Of a stretch of DNA of 64,000 nucleotides, positions 52,570-60,763 are shown in pieces. Source of the stretch: Dehalococcoidia bacterium (GTDB lineage Bacteria; Chloroflexota; Dehalococcoidia; Dehalococcoidales; RBG-16-60-22); NCBI GenBank assembly GCA_011174815.1, contig DUFF01000023.1, positions 368 to 64,367 of the forward strand, in the 5' to 3' direction. Position 1 is the first letter of the stretch. Each line of letters opens with the position of its first letter. The notes beneath the pieces were generated by a model. That model did no database searches. It had not been told where the DNA came from and saw only the letters and a list, made by a program, of their open reading frames with translations. Position numbers and translations under genes: made by a program.

Positions 52570-54100
52570 TTAATATAAAGCGCCCTTTTTGCTATGCAGG
52601 GCCGCACTATGTATCTTTTGTGAACTTTTTTCTATATTTACCTTGATATTTATATAATTCCCTGTTTCTTAGACAGTGATAAATAATTTCTGCTAGCTTT
52701 CCCATGGTGCTAACTAAAGCTTTTATTCTGACTTTACCTTGGTTAACCTGCCTTGAATAGTAATCTTTAAAATCATTGTCAGGTGCATTTCTTTTGATGC
52801 AATTCCTGCAAACCTGAAATAATACACGACGTCCATGCTTGCTGCCTTCTTTCCCTCGCCTACTATACGATCTATTACCAGATCGCGTTGATCTGCTATA
52901 AATACCAAGGGCTTTTTTGAACTTTTTCTTGTTTGACCAGTTATCAATATTTTTCACAGTTGCTATGATAGTAGCTGCTGCTATTTCGCCAAGGAAGGGA
53001 AATGAATACAAAATTTCAGTGTAGGGATGCTCAGCGAGTTGTTTGCGAAGCATTAGTGTAATAGTTTCACGCTTCTTGACCAGATCCAGTCTTAGAATGC
53101 CAAGCTCTTTTATTAACCACTTATACTCATTGCTTGGCACTCCAATACTATTAACTGCAAATTGCATAATATCTTCTCTGTCATTCTTAGAGAGACCTCT
53201 AACGTTCTCTAAACCACGACTATCGACGATGTCCCTTGGAGTCGGATAATGAGGGATAATTCTAAGAAGTTTATTGAAGTATCTAGCTTCCCCCTCGGGA
53301 AAGGTTGCAATGAGTAACTGATGCAGTCTATTGGTCATTTGATTGAGCAATTTGACGAATTGCAGCCTTTGTAGAATTAGTGAGTTCAAGACAGCAGCTC
53401 TAGAACCTAGCTCATATTGTATCAATGAGATACGAAAAGATAAGCTGTGTGTATCTCTCAAATACAGCAAATACGCAGTACCAATTGAATCGATAATATC
53501 GCTTTTGTTTTCCTCATCAAGTAAACGCTCTCTTGCAGATTTTACCGCCTTTGACTCCAAATAATAAACATCATATCCTGCAGTCAACAAATAATATACT
53601 ATTGGCTCTGAGTAGTGGCCGCCAGTATGATCAACGGCAATAGTAACCTCGCTTGTATCGCAAACTTGCGACCTGATGGAATCATCAAGATTTTTAAAGC
53701 TATTGTATTCATTCTTTACGACTATTGGCCTAATACTTCCCCATACTGTACTAGTTTGCTGAAACAAGCCCACCGGTACAATTGCTGCTTTATGCTCTCT
53801 CGAATGGATATCAATTCCAACATATAGTTTCTTCTTTGTAGGTTTCATAATGCTTCTAAGGGGCAGGCAATTTGTGCCGCTCAACCCAAACTATCAAGGA
53901 TCTTTCTACTTCATTTTGACTGTTCGACCAATATTCTGACCGATTTAAGCAGCAACAATGTCTTGACCACTATCGATACAGGCCTCTGATCTCTTTCCTA
54001 GCCTATTGATAAGTTGAAAAAAGAACGACCATGAGTATCATTGATCTCAGCCTGCCCCACATAGAATTATTGGATGATACTTATATTCTGTAGACTTATA
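52570..54100 (-). mobile_element. IS110-family insertion sequence (boundaries approximate)
   Basis: It contains the IS110 transposase gene and about 240 nt of non-coding 5' end. I saw no terminal inverted repeats, as expected for IS110. The ends are not mapped. Confidence 0.55.
52607..53848 (-). CDS. IS110-family DEDD transposase/recombinase
   Basis: LYVGIDIHSREHKAAIV is the first Asp of the DEDD RuvC-like domain. The C-terminal Transposase_20-like region is FPFLGEIAAATIIATVKNIDNWSNKKKFKKALGIYSRSTRSG. The ATG at 53848 (MKPTKKKLYVGID) is more plausible than the TTG at 53884. Confidence 0.85.
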   Translation of the reverse strand: MKPTKKKLYVGIDIHSREHKAAIVPVGLFQQTSTVWGSIRPIVVKNEYNSFKNLDDSIRSQVCDTSEVTIAVDHTGGHYSEPIVYYLLTAGYDVYYLESKAVKSARERLLDEENKSDIIDSIGTAYLLYLRDTHSLSFRISLIQYELGSRAAVLNSLILQRLQFVKLLNQMTNRLHQLLIATFPEGEARYFNKLLRIIPHYPTPRDIVDSRGLENVRGLSKNDREDIMQFAVNSIGVPSNEYKWLIKELGILRLDLVKKRETITLMLRKQLAEHPYTEILYSFPFLGEIAAATIIATVKNIDNWSNKKKFKKALGIYSRSTRSGNRSYSRRGKEGSKHGRRVLFQVCRNCIKRNAPDNDFKDYYSRQVNQGKVRIKALVSTMGKLAEIIYHCLRNRELYKYQGKYRKKFTKDT

Positions 54101-54149
54101 GTCTACATTGTAATACTTTTAATGTCAAATATCTTTGATTATTTTTTTA

Positions 54150-54371
54150 ATGAATAATATACAGCGAAAATTGGGGAAAAGAATTAAAGATCTGAGACTT
54201 AAAAGACAGTTGTCTCAAGAAAAGCTAGCGTTCGAATCTAAAATGCATCGCACTTATATTGGTAGTATTGAAAGAGGAGAGCGAAATCCATCGCTAAAAA
54301 ACATCGAAGCAATTGCCAACGCGCTGGGTGTTACATTGTCAGACTTGTTTAGATTTGAAAATTGCGGTTAA
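54150..54371 (+). CDS. XRE (Cro/CI)-family HTH transcriptional regulator
   Basis: LGKRIKDLRLKRQLSQEKLAFESKMHRTYIGSIERGERNPSLKNIEAIANALGV is a canonical HTH_3 domain. I preferred the ATG at 54150 over the TTG at 54135. Confidence 0.85.
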   Translation: MNNIQRKLGKRIKDLRLKRQLSQEKLAFESKMHRTYIGSIERGERNPSLKNIEAIANALGVTLSDLFRFENCG

Positions 54372-54423
54372 CCTGCCAACTAAATGTAGAGTCGATTACG
54401 TAAAGCAAAGAATTGTTTCAGGT

Positions 54424-54455
54424 GGAGTTCGACTCTCCCCCGTCTCCACCAGAAA
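54424..54455 (+). repeat. attR: right copy of the 32-nt direct repeat (orphan tmRNA 3' end)
   Basis: It is identical to 28818-28849. The upstream sequence (..TTTCAGGT) cannot complete the T-stem, so this copy is the displaced remnant. Confidence 0.9.
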
Positions 54456-54464
54456 ATCAGAAAC

Positions 54465-54491
54465 GCTAGCCTTTAATCGCTAGCATTTTTA
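54465..54491 (+). terminator. rho-independent terminator, probably the ancestral ssrA terminator now separated from the gene by the island
   Basis: The hairpin is GCTAGC (54465-54470), loop CTTTAATC, GCTAGC (54479-54484), followed by ATTTTT. It starts 10 nt after attR. Confidence 0.6.
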
Positions 54492-54591
54492 TATAAGGCT
54501 TTTGATTATGACTTAGACCCGCATATTGTCCGCCACCGCCAAGAAGTTGCAGACTTGATTATACTTTCCGAAAACACTATATTCACTAACA

Positions 54592-55758
54592 GTGATTAAA
54601 GAAAAGAAGTCTTTCAAAGTCGGAATATCTGGCTCGTACGGGGGATTCAACCTTGGTGACGAGGCGATTTTACAGGTAATCGTGACCCAGTTGCAAAAAT
54701 CGATACCTGTGGACATTACCGTTTTTTCCAGAAATGCCAAGGACACCCTGCGCCGTCATCAGGTGGAGCGGGCAATAGACGTGCGGGAGCTTACCCGTGA
54801 GGAAGCGACCAGAGCCATTCAGGGGCTTGACTTATTTATACTCGGCGGCGGAGGCATCCTGTATGATGCTGAAGCCAGAACGTACTTGAGAGAGGTTGAC
54901 ATCGCCCACCGGAAGGGTATACCAACGATGACCTACTCGGTGGGGGTGGGGCCGCTGGATGACCCTTTGGTGCAAAAACTGGTATGCGATGTATTGAAAC
55001 AGGTAAACGTCATTACGGTACGGGAACGCGGTGACGCAAGATTGCTAGAAGATATCGGCGTTCACCGGGACATCATCGTCACCGCCGACCCGGCGCTGCT
55101 GCTAAAGCCGGAACCACTTCCCGAAGATGCCCTCAGCGTTGAGCATATGACGGGAAAGAGGCATCTGGTAGGCATGTCTGTTCGGGAGGCCGGGGTTGCC
55201 GCCCCTGATCTGGATGAAAAGTTCTACCACGGGCTTCTAGCCAATGCCGCTGATTTCATGATCGACCGTTTTGATGCTGACATCGTATTTTTCCCCATGG
55301 AGCAACGAATGCTTGATACCCAGCAGTCACATGCCGTTATAGCGCAGATGTTGCGCCCGCAGCGTGTGCACGTGCTGAAGGGGGAATACACTTCAGGGCA
55401 ATTATTATCTTTAATCAAACACTGCGACCTTGTAGTAGGTATGCGTCTTCATTTTCTGCTCTTTGCGGCGCTGCAGGGAGTGCCATTTGTGGCTCTTCCA
55501 TATTCAGCCAAAGTCGGCGGGTTGCTGCACGCTTTGCAGGTGGAGATGCCCCCGATAAATCTGGTCAATGCCGGCCGACTTATTGCCCATATTGACCGGT
55601 CGTGGGACAGACGCAATACGCTTAAAGCAAAAATCAGGTCCACTCTGCCATCCATGAAGAAAGAGGCACTTAATACTAACCGGCTCGCCGTGCGCCTATT
55701 AATCGACCTGCACCCGGAATACCGCAAAACAGTGAAGGCACCAAAAAGCGGCCGCTGA
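54592..55758 (+). CDS. polysaccharide pyruvyl transferase family protein (CsaB-like)
   Basis: VGISGSYGGFNLGDEAILQVIV, ILGGGGILYD and VVGMRLHFLLFAALQGVPFVALPYSAKV match the PS_pyruv_trans pattern. The start is GTG. Confidence 0.75.
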   Translation: MIKEKKSFKVGISGSYGGFNLGDEAILQVIVTQLQKSIPVDITVFSRNAKDTLRRHQVERAIDVRELTREEATRAIQGLDLFILGGGGILYDAEARTYLREVDIAHRKGIPTMTYSVGVGPLDDPLVQKLVCDVLKQVNVITVRERGDARLLEDIGVHRDIIVTADPALLLKPEPLPEDALSVEHMTGKRHLVGMSVREAGVAAPDLDEKFYHGLLANAADFMIDRFDADIVFFPMEQRMLDTQQSHAVIAQMLRPQRVHVLKGEYTSGQLLSLIKHCDLVVGMRLHFLLFAALQGVPFVALPYSAKVGGLLHALQVEMPPINLVNAGRLIAHIDRSWDRRNTLKAKIRSTLPSMKKEALNTNRLAVRLLIDLHPEYRKTVKAPKSGR

Positions 55759-55779
55759 CGGCCTAGGAGGAAAATATTT

Positions 55780-57201
55780 ATGCCACCGCTTGTCCGTCCG
55801 GATGGTCAACCGGAAATTCTCACTTTGCCCGCACGGCAGGCCCCGGTAATCGCTGATGCTGATGTGCTGGTGGTTGGCGGTGGCCCGGCCGGGATAGGGG
55901 CGGCGGTTGGCGCGGCAGAGGCCGGGGCCAGCGTAATCCTGGCCGAACGATATGGTTTTCTCGGCGGGAATGCCACGGCGGCCCTGGTCACGCCCCTGAT
56001 GTCCTTTTTCACCCACAAACCGACGGAACAGAAGGCCGGAGCTACCACGCTCTTCCCCACCAACCACGGTTCCGGTAACCCGGTGATTTCCGGCGTACTG
56101 GCCAGATTGGTAAATCGCCTGGTTGAGCTCGGTGGCGCCATCCCACCTTCCTTGCAAACGGGGTACGTCGTACCATTCGATCCGGAAATCTTCAAGATGG
56201 TTGCTTTTGAATTGCTGGATAATGCGGGAGTAAAATATCTGCTCCATAGTCTGGCCAGCGGCACAATAGGCAATGATGAAGTACGGGGGGTGGTGTTTGA
56301 AACCAAAAGTAGCCCGGTTATTATCAAGGCGTTGGTTACGGTTGACTGCACCGGGGATGCTGATATCGCTGCCCGGGCGGGTGCCGCCTACGAGATCGGT
56401 CGCGAAGCCGACGGATTGACGGAGCCTTTGACACTTATGTTTTGCATGGCGGAGTTTCAACGGTCGGGTTTTGAGACATATGTTAAAGCACATCCTGACC
56501 AATGGTATGGTGTGCACGGACTCTGGGATCTGATTGGCAAAGCCACGGCTGAAGGTAAACTGGATTTGAAACGGGAAGATATCCTCCTATTTGGTACCCC
56601 ACATGAAAGAGAGGTAAGTATAAACAGCACTCGAATCACCAAGGTGAACGGGATAGACATCTGGGACCTGACCTATGCCGAGTGGGAGGGCCGGAAGCAG
56701 ATAAACCAGATTGCCGAATTTTTGCGCCGCTATGTTCCGGGCTTTGCCGAGGCGTACGTATCCCGGACCGGGATAAGTATTGGGGTTAGAGAGACACGAA
56801 GGGTCATAGGAGAATACAGGTTGACCGCCAGCGATGTGCTTGAAGCTCGAAAATTCAGCGATGTGATTGCCCGCGGTTCTTATCCGGTAGACGTTCATAA
56901 TCCAAGGGGAAAAGGGACATTGCTCAAGCCATTGCCACCACGTGAAGCATATGATATCCCGTTGCGCTGCCTTCTGCCAAGAGATGTTGATGGCTTGACG
57001 GTTGCCGGACGCTGCATCTCCGGTTCGTTTGAAGCGCAAGCATCTTACCGGGTTATGCCCATATGTGTGGCTACGGGGCAGGCGGCTGGTGTATGTGCTG
57101 CTATCGCGGCGCGCCGCCGGAAATCCCCACACGAATTACCCCATTCGGAGGTCCAGGAGGAGCTGCTTCGGCAGGGTGCTGACTTGGGGAATCTCGGATA
57201 G
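55780..57201 (+). CDS. FAD-dependent oxidoreductase (FAD_oxidored/GIDA-like family)
   Basis: DVLVVGGGPAGIGAAVGAAEAGASVILAERYGFLGGNAT is present, together with the C-terminal GRCIS...R.MP.C..TGQAAG pattern typical of this family. Confidence 0.7.
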   Translation: MPPLVRPDGQPEILTLPARQAPVIADADVLVVGGGPAGIGAAVGAAEAGASVILAERYGFLGGNATAALVTPLMSFFTHKPTEQKAGATTLFPTNHGSGNPVISGVLARLVNRLVELGGAIPPSLQTGYVVPFDPEIFKMVAFELLDNAGVKYLLHSLASGTIGNDEVRGVVFETKSSPVIIKALVTVDCTGDADIAARAGAAYEIGREADGLTEPLTLMFCMAEFQRSGFETYVKAHPDQWYGVHGLWDLIGKATAEGKLDLKREDILLFGTPHEREVSINSTRITKVNGIDIWDLTYAEWEGRKQINQIAEFLRRYVPGFAEAYVSRTGISIGVRETRRVIGEYRLTASDVLEARKFSDVIARGSYPVDVHNPRGKGTLLKPLPPREAYDIPLRCLLPRDVDGLTVAGRCISGSFEAQASYRVMPICVATGQAAGVCAAIAARRRKSPHELPHSEVQEELLRQGADLGNLG

Positions 57202-57302
57202 ATATACGTCACTTGCGACCGTTTCTTTTTGTTTCGCGCCGGGCCTGAATATGATAACCTTGTTATCAGGCATGCGCTTGAGCGATTCAAACAGGTTATA
57301 GA

Positions 57303-58472
57303 ATGGCGGCTTCGACTGAATTAATCGTCAAGGAAATCCCGCTGGGAGACCCGGAATTAAGAGACTTTGTAAAGTTTCACTGGCAACTTCACAAAAGTGA
57401 GCCTTGCTGGACGCCACCGCTGAATGGAGACTTGCTGGGCAATCGATTACTTGGCCTCAAAGGTTTACTGACACCCAAGCATCCTTATCACCGGCACGCA
57501 GATGTGACCCATTTTATGGTGTGGCGGGAGAAAACGTCGTTAGGGCGTATCTCAGCGGCAGTAAATAGGCAATATAATGACTTCCATAGAACCTCCTTTG
57601 GTTTTTTTGGCTTTTTTGAGGTTGTGCCAGAATATCAGGTGGCCAAACTGTTATTGGATTGCGCCAGGACCTGGATCTCGGGACGCGGCATGACCATAAT
57701 GCGAGGCCCTGGTGAATACTCAAATGCCACGCACGAACGTCAGGGCATATTAATTGACGGCTTCCAATATCCACCGACAGTCGAGATGACTCATAGTCCA
57801 CCATACTACTCCCAATTTATGGAGCAATACGGAATGAAAAAAGCCAAGGACTATGTTGCTTATCTGGTTCATCGTGACAGCTACCAGGTCTCGCCGCTAA
57901 AAAGGCTGGCCCAGAGGGTAAACAGAACTGCAAATATTGAAACCAGACCCCTGATTATGAGAAAGCTGAAAGAGGAAATCCGCTTAATTGTGCAAATCTA
58001 TAATGAAGCCTGGTCACAGAACTGGGGGTTTTTACCGATATCAGCTGAGGAGGGTGATGCTCTGGCTGATTCTCTGCGCTTGATAATAGACCCTCAGCTG
58101 GTGCAATTTGCCTTTATCAATAAAGAGCCGGCAGCGGTAATGGGTATCATACCTGACCCTAATTATGCCCTGCTTCCTCGATGGCGCTGGTATGGTGATT
58201 CAGATTTGGTCAGGGTTTTGAGATTGCTCCGCGTGCGCAGACGCATTCCCCGGCTCAGAGGCATGTTTTTTGGGATAAGGCCAAGATACCGGAATTTGGG
58301 AATACCGGCGCTTATGGCTGATAAAATTGCCAGCCGCATTTTGCCACGACATTATCAGGAATGCGAGGCCTCTCTAATGCTTGATGATAATGAGCCAATA
58401 ATCAAGCTCGTAAGACGTTTCGGCGGGCGGTATTACAAGAGATGGCGCATTTACGACATGGCTTTGAAGTGA
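57303..58472 (+). CDS. hypothetical protein, two-lobed GNAT-like acyltransferase fold suspected
   Basis: 389 aa. FGFFGFFEVVPEYQVAKLLLDCARTW and RNLGIPALMADKI resemble acyl-CoA N-acyltransferase motifs. The functional call is weak. Confidence 0.4.
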   Translation: MAASTELIVKEIPLGDPELRDFVKFHWQLHKSEPCWTPPLNGDLLGNRLLGLKGLLTPKHPYHRHADVTHFMVWREKTSLGRISAAVNRQYNDFHRTSFGFFGFFEVVPEYQVAKLLLDCARTWISGRGMTIMRGPGEYSNATHERQGILIDGFQYPPTVEMTHSPPYYSQFMEQYGMKKAKDYVAYLVHRDSYQVSPLKRLAQRVNRTANIETRPLIMRKLKEEIRLIVQIYNEAWSQNWGFLPISAEEGDALADSLRLIIDPQLVQFAFINKEPAAVMGIIPDPNYALLPRWRWYGDSDLVRVLRLLRVRRRIPRLRGMFFGIRPRYRNLGIPALMADKIASRILPRHYQECEASLMLDDNEPIIKLVRRFGGRYYKRWRIYDMALK

Positions 58473-58510
58473 TTTAGCCTTATCTAGGGCAACAGCCATT
58501 AAACTTGAAG

Positions 58511-59122
58511 TCAACCGGGTAAATACAAGAGTGCCCCCACGATAGCCAACGACAGGACTGTACCTGTCGCCAGTTGGGCTAGAGTGTGCTGTTTGATCTG
58601 GTACTTAGCCCAACCGATGACAGGGATAGTCACCAAAAGAACAAGAAAAATTTGGCCCCAGGTAAGTGCTGCCATGATTACCAGCACAGTCACCGCAGCT
58701 AGATGATAACTGACCCGGTAAAACATATTAAATAGGGCGGTCGCGATTGAGCTGGCAAGCAAGGCAACAAGTGTGTGAAGCATCGGTGATGGAGCTTCCA
58801 GAAAATAAAGGATGGCCAAACAGGGCAGACCCAGTAAAAGCCCTAAAATTAAAACATCTTTGGGGTGGTGCCTGAGAAAAAAAGTTGGATCGGCTGGCAG
58901 CCTTGTGCTAATCCTGCTTCTGGACATTCTCAGATAAACGTAGACGAGGGGTATCAAAACGAGGAATAAAAGCACTATCGTAACCGAGTAAGCTAAGACA
59001 CCAAAGTCAGTAGATTCAGCGTAGGCGATCAGCAGCAATAGCAATACACTATGGATACATGGATTCGTAACTCTGGAGATTACATGGGCCAGATAGGTTG
59101 ACCGGCTTACCTTTTCTTCCAT
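58511..59122 (-). CDS. polytopic membrane protein (possibly degenerate PAP2-like)
   Basis: 203 aa with 5-6 helices. The SYH and KQHT..Q...G spacing is reminiscent of PAP2 C-terminal motifs. The function is uncertain. Confidence 0.45.
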   Translation of the reverse strand: MEEKVSRSTYLAHVISRVTNPCIHSVLLLLLIAYAESTDFGVLAYSVTIVLLFLVLIPLVYVYLRMSRSRISTRLPADPTFFLRHHPKDVLILGLLLGLPCLAILYFLEAPSPMLHTLVALLASSIATALFNMFYRVSYHLAAVTVLVIMAALTWGQIFLVLLVTIPVIGWAKYQIKQHTLAQLATGTVLSLAIVGALLYLPG

Positions 59123-59209
59123 TGCTTATGGTCTCAATCAGTGTAGAAAGGTCACTATATTTTACTTGGTTTAGAACAACACAGTAAATAAACCCTCGTG
59201 TTCGATGCC

Positions 59210-59262
59210 TTGACAATTAAGTAGATAGATTATTATAATAATTATGGGCATATGCCCATAAT
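59210..59262 (+). promoter_or_regulatory. sigma70-type promoter (TTGACA-18 nt-TATAAT) immediately followed by a perfect 22-bp palindrome (candidate operator)
   Basis: TTGACA is at 59210-59215 and TATAAT at 59234-59239. ATTATGGGCATATGCCCATAAT at 59241-59262 equals its own reverse complement. It lies 21 nt upstream of the DUF134 ATG. Confidence 0.6.
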
Positions 59263-59282
59263 ATCTGAGAGATTCAAGGATT

Positions 59283-59645
59283 ATGCCAAGGCCAGTAAAG
59301 TGGCGGCGAGTAAACTTTGTGCCGGGTGTAACGTACTTCAAGCCAGCCGGCATTCCACTGCAGGTTCTCAATGAAGTTTGTCTCACGGTGGAAGAAGCCG
59401 AGGCAATACGACTGAAGGATTTTGAAGGTCTGGAGCAAGAGCAGGGGGCCGAGAAAATGAATATTTCCCGTCCCACTTTTCAGCGCGTACTGGGAGCTGC
59501 CCGCAAGAAAATTGCCGATGCTTTACTTAATGGCAAGGCAATCCGGATCGAAGGTGGTAACTTTGAGATAGCGCCGCAGATTACCCCAGTGCAAGCCGCA
59601 GCGGCTGGGCAGCGTGGGCGGAGGCGCGGCATACATTGGAGTTAG
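59283..59645 (+). CDS. DUF134 (UPF0251) family putative DNA-binding protein
   Basis: MPRPVKWRRVNFVPGVTYFKPAGIP...LTVEEAEAIRLKDFEGLEQEQGAEKMNISRPTFQRVL..ARKKIADAL..GKAIRIEGG is the canonical DUF134 sequence pattern. Confidence 0.85.
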   Translation: MPRPVKWRRVNFVPGVTYFKPAGIPLQVLNEVCLTVEEAEAIRLKDFEGLEQEQGAEKMNISRPTFQRVLGAARKKIADALLNGKAIRIEGGNFEIAPQITPVQAAAAGQRGRRRGIHWS

Positions 59646-59676
59646 CAATGGACATTCAGTCTTTTGGAGTATCCAG

Positions 59677-60399
59677 TTGAAGATTATCGACGATTTACTT
59701 TCTACGTTGAACTATGAAGCCCCGGTAAGGGATATTCATCAAGGGCCATTTCAAACGGCGGTGCTGACTCGCAACTGCGGGCTGGCAGCCACTCCTCATG
59801 AGCCTGGCCCCCATCACCATAAGGCTCCGGTGCAGGAAGCAGGCTCCTTAATGCAAAAAAATGCCCTTGAGCTCGCCAGCATGTCAAACTCACCGAGCCC
59901 TCTGGAGGCCAGTATCGGGATGGCGGCCATCAACTCCCTCATCGAGGTTGAGGAGTCGCGCTGCGTAGAATTAAACGCTGGCGACCTGCTTGCGGAAAGA
60001 GGTAGAGGCAAAAAAGTGGCTCTTGTTGGGCACTTCCCTTTCGTCGCTGAACTTCGTGATGCCGCCCGGGAACTCTGGGTAATTGAGCGACAGCCACAAG
60101 CAGGTGATTTCCACGAGGAGCAGGCGAAGAAACTGATTCCTATGGCGGAAGTCATCGGTATTACCGGCACCGCTTTAACCAACCATACCATGGAATACTT
60201 GCTCAAGCTATGTGCACCACAGGCCTACGTCATAATCCTGGGGGGCACCACTCCCTTATCTCCGGTCTTATTCGATTACGGCGTGAACGCTGTTTCCGGC
60301 ACTCAAGTGATTAACCCGGAGATAGTGATGCGTTGCGTCAGTCAGGGGGCAACATTCCGACAACTCAAAGGGATCCGGTTGCTCACCATGATGAGGTAA
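59677..60399 (+). CDS. DUF4213/DUF364 family protein (Rossmann-like, putative metal/cofactor handling)
   Basis: Track ORF 59614..60399. The TTG at 59677 is preceded by GGAG (59666-59669). LKIIDDLL...VRDIHQGPFQTAVLTRNCGLAAT...AAINSL...VALVGHFPF...ITGTALTNHT is the family pattern. Confidence 0.75.
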   Translation: MKIIDDLLSTLNYEAPVRDIHQGPFQTAVLTRNCGLAATPHEPGPHHHKAPVQEAGSLMQKNALELASMSNSPSPLEASIGMAAINSLIEVEESRCVELNAGDLLAERGRGKKVALVGHFPFVAELRDAARELWVIERQPQAGDFHEEQAKKLIPMAEVIGITGTALTNHTMEYLLKLCAPQAYVIILGGTTPLSPVLFDYGVNAVSGTQVINPEIVMRCVSQGATFRQLKGIRLLTMMR

Positions 60400-60470
60400 A
60401 TGATGTTCTATTGATGAGTTAGGGGGAAAACATCAGTAATATATAGAATATCTTATCAGGAGGTATTATC

Positions 60471-60668
60471 ATGCCCAGAGGAGATGGAACCGGCCCGCCC
60501 CGTGACGGTGTCGGAAGGGGTGGCAGGATGGGGGGAAACCGTCCCGGAGCCGGCCCCGGCGGGAATTGCATCTGTCCGAAATGTGGCTCGACGGTGCCTC
60601 ATCAGAGAGGGACTCCCTGTTATCAGCAGAACTGCCCCAAATGTGGTACCAGAATGACGAGGGAATAA
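60471..60668 (+). CDS. DUF5320 family small protein (Gly/Arg-rich N-terminus + zinc-ribbon)
   Basis: MPRGDGTGPPRDGVGRGGRMGG...CICPKCGSTVPHQRGTPCYQQNCPKCGTRM. AGGAGG lies 8 nt upstream. Confidence 0.8.
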   Translation: MPRGDGTGPPRDGVGRGGRMGGNRPGAGPGGNCICPKCGSTVPHQRGTPCYQQNCPKCGTRMTRE

Positions 60669-60675
60669 AGAGGTA

Positions 60676-60762
60676 ATGATACTATCCGTTGCCAGCGGCG
60701 AAGGTGGAACAGGCAAGACATCAGTGACAACCAGCCTAGTTCTTGAGGAGGAAAGGAGATGA
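60676..60762 (+). pseudogene. 28-codon remnant of a MinD/Mrp/CooC-type P-loop ATPase gene
   Basis: My translation is MILSVASGEGGTGKTSVTTSLVLEEERR*. This is the deviant Walker A region (normally SGKGGTGKT) with the signature Lys replaced by Glu, followed by truncation after the first helix. Confidence 0.55.
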
Positions 60763-60763
60763 G

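Larger units (their letters stand above)
28850..54455. mobile_element. ssrA (tmRNA)-integrated genomic island of about 25.6 kb with serine-recombinase integration module
   Basis: It is bounded by the 32-nt direct repeat. The recombinase genes abut attL. It carries primase/ParB-like mobile-element genes, IS elements and a visibly lower-GC cargo. The native-looking ssrA terminator is displaced to just after attR. Confidence 0.85.

Noticed and set aside
36089-54423. I looked for a third copy of the 32-nt ssrA core, which would indicate two tandem islands as reported for some ssrA islands.
   Set aside because: Reading the intergenic regions at 36.1, 37.2-37.8, 49.9-50.5, 51.6-51.9 and 53.9-54.1 kb, I found no further GACTCTCCCCCGTCTCCACC-like sequence. 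This was a by-eye search, so a degenerate copy could have been missed.
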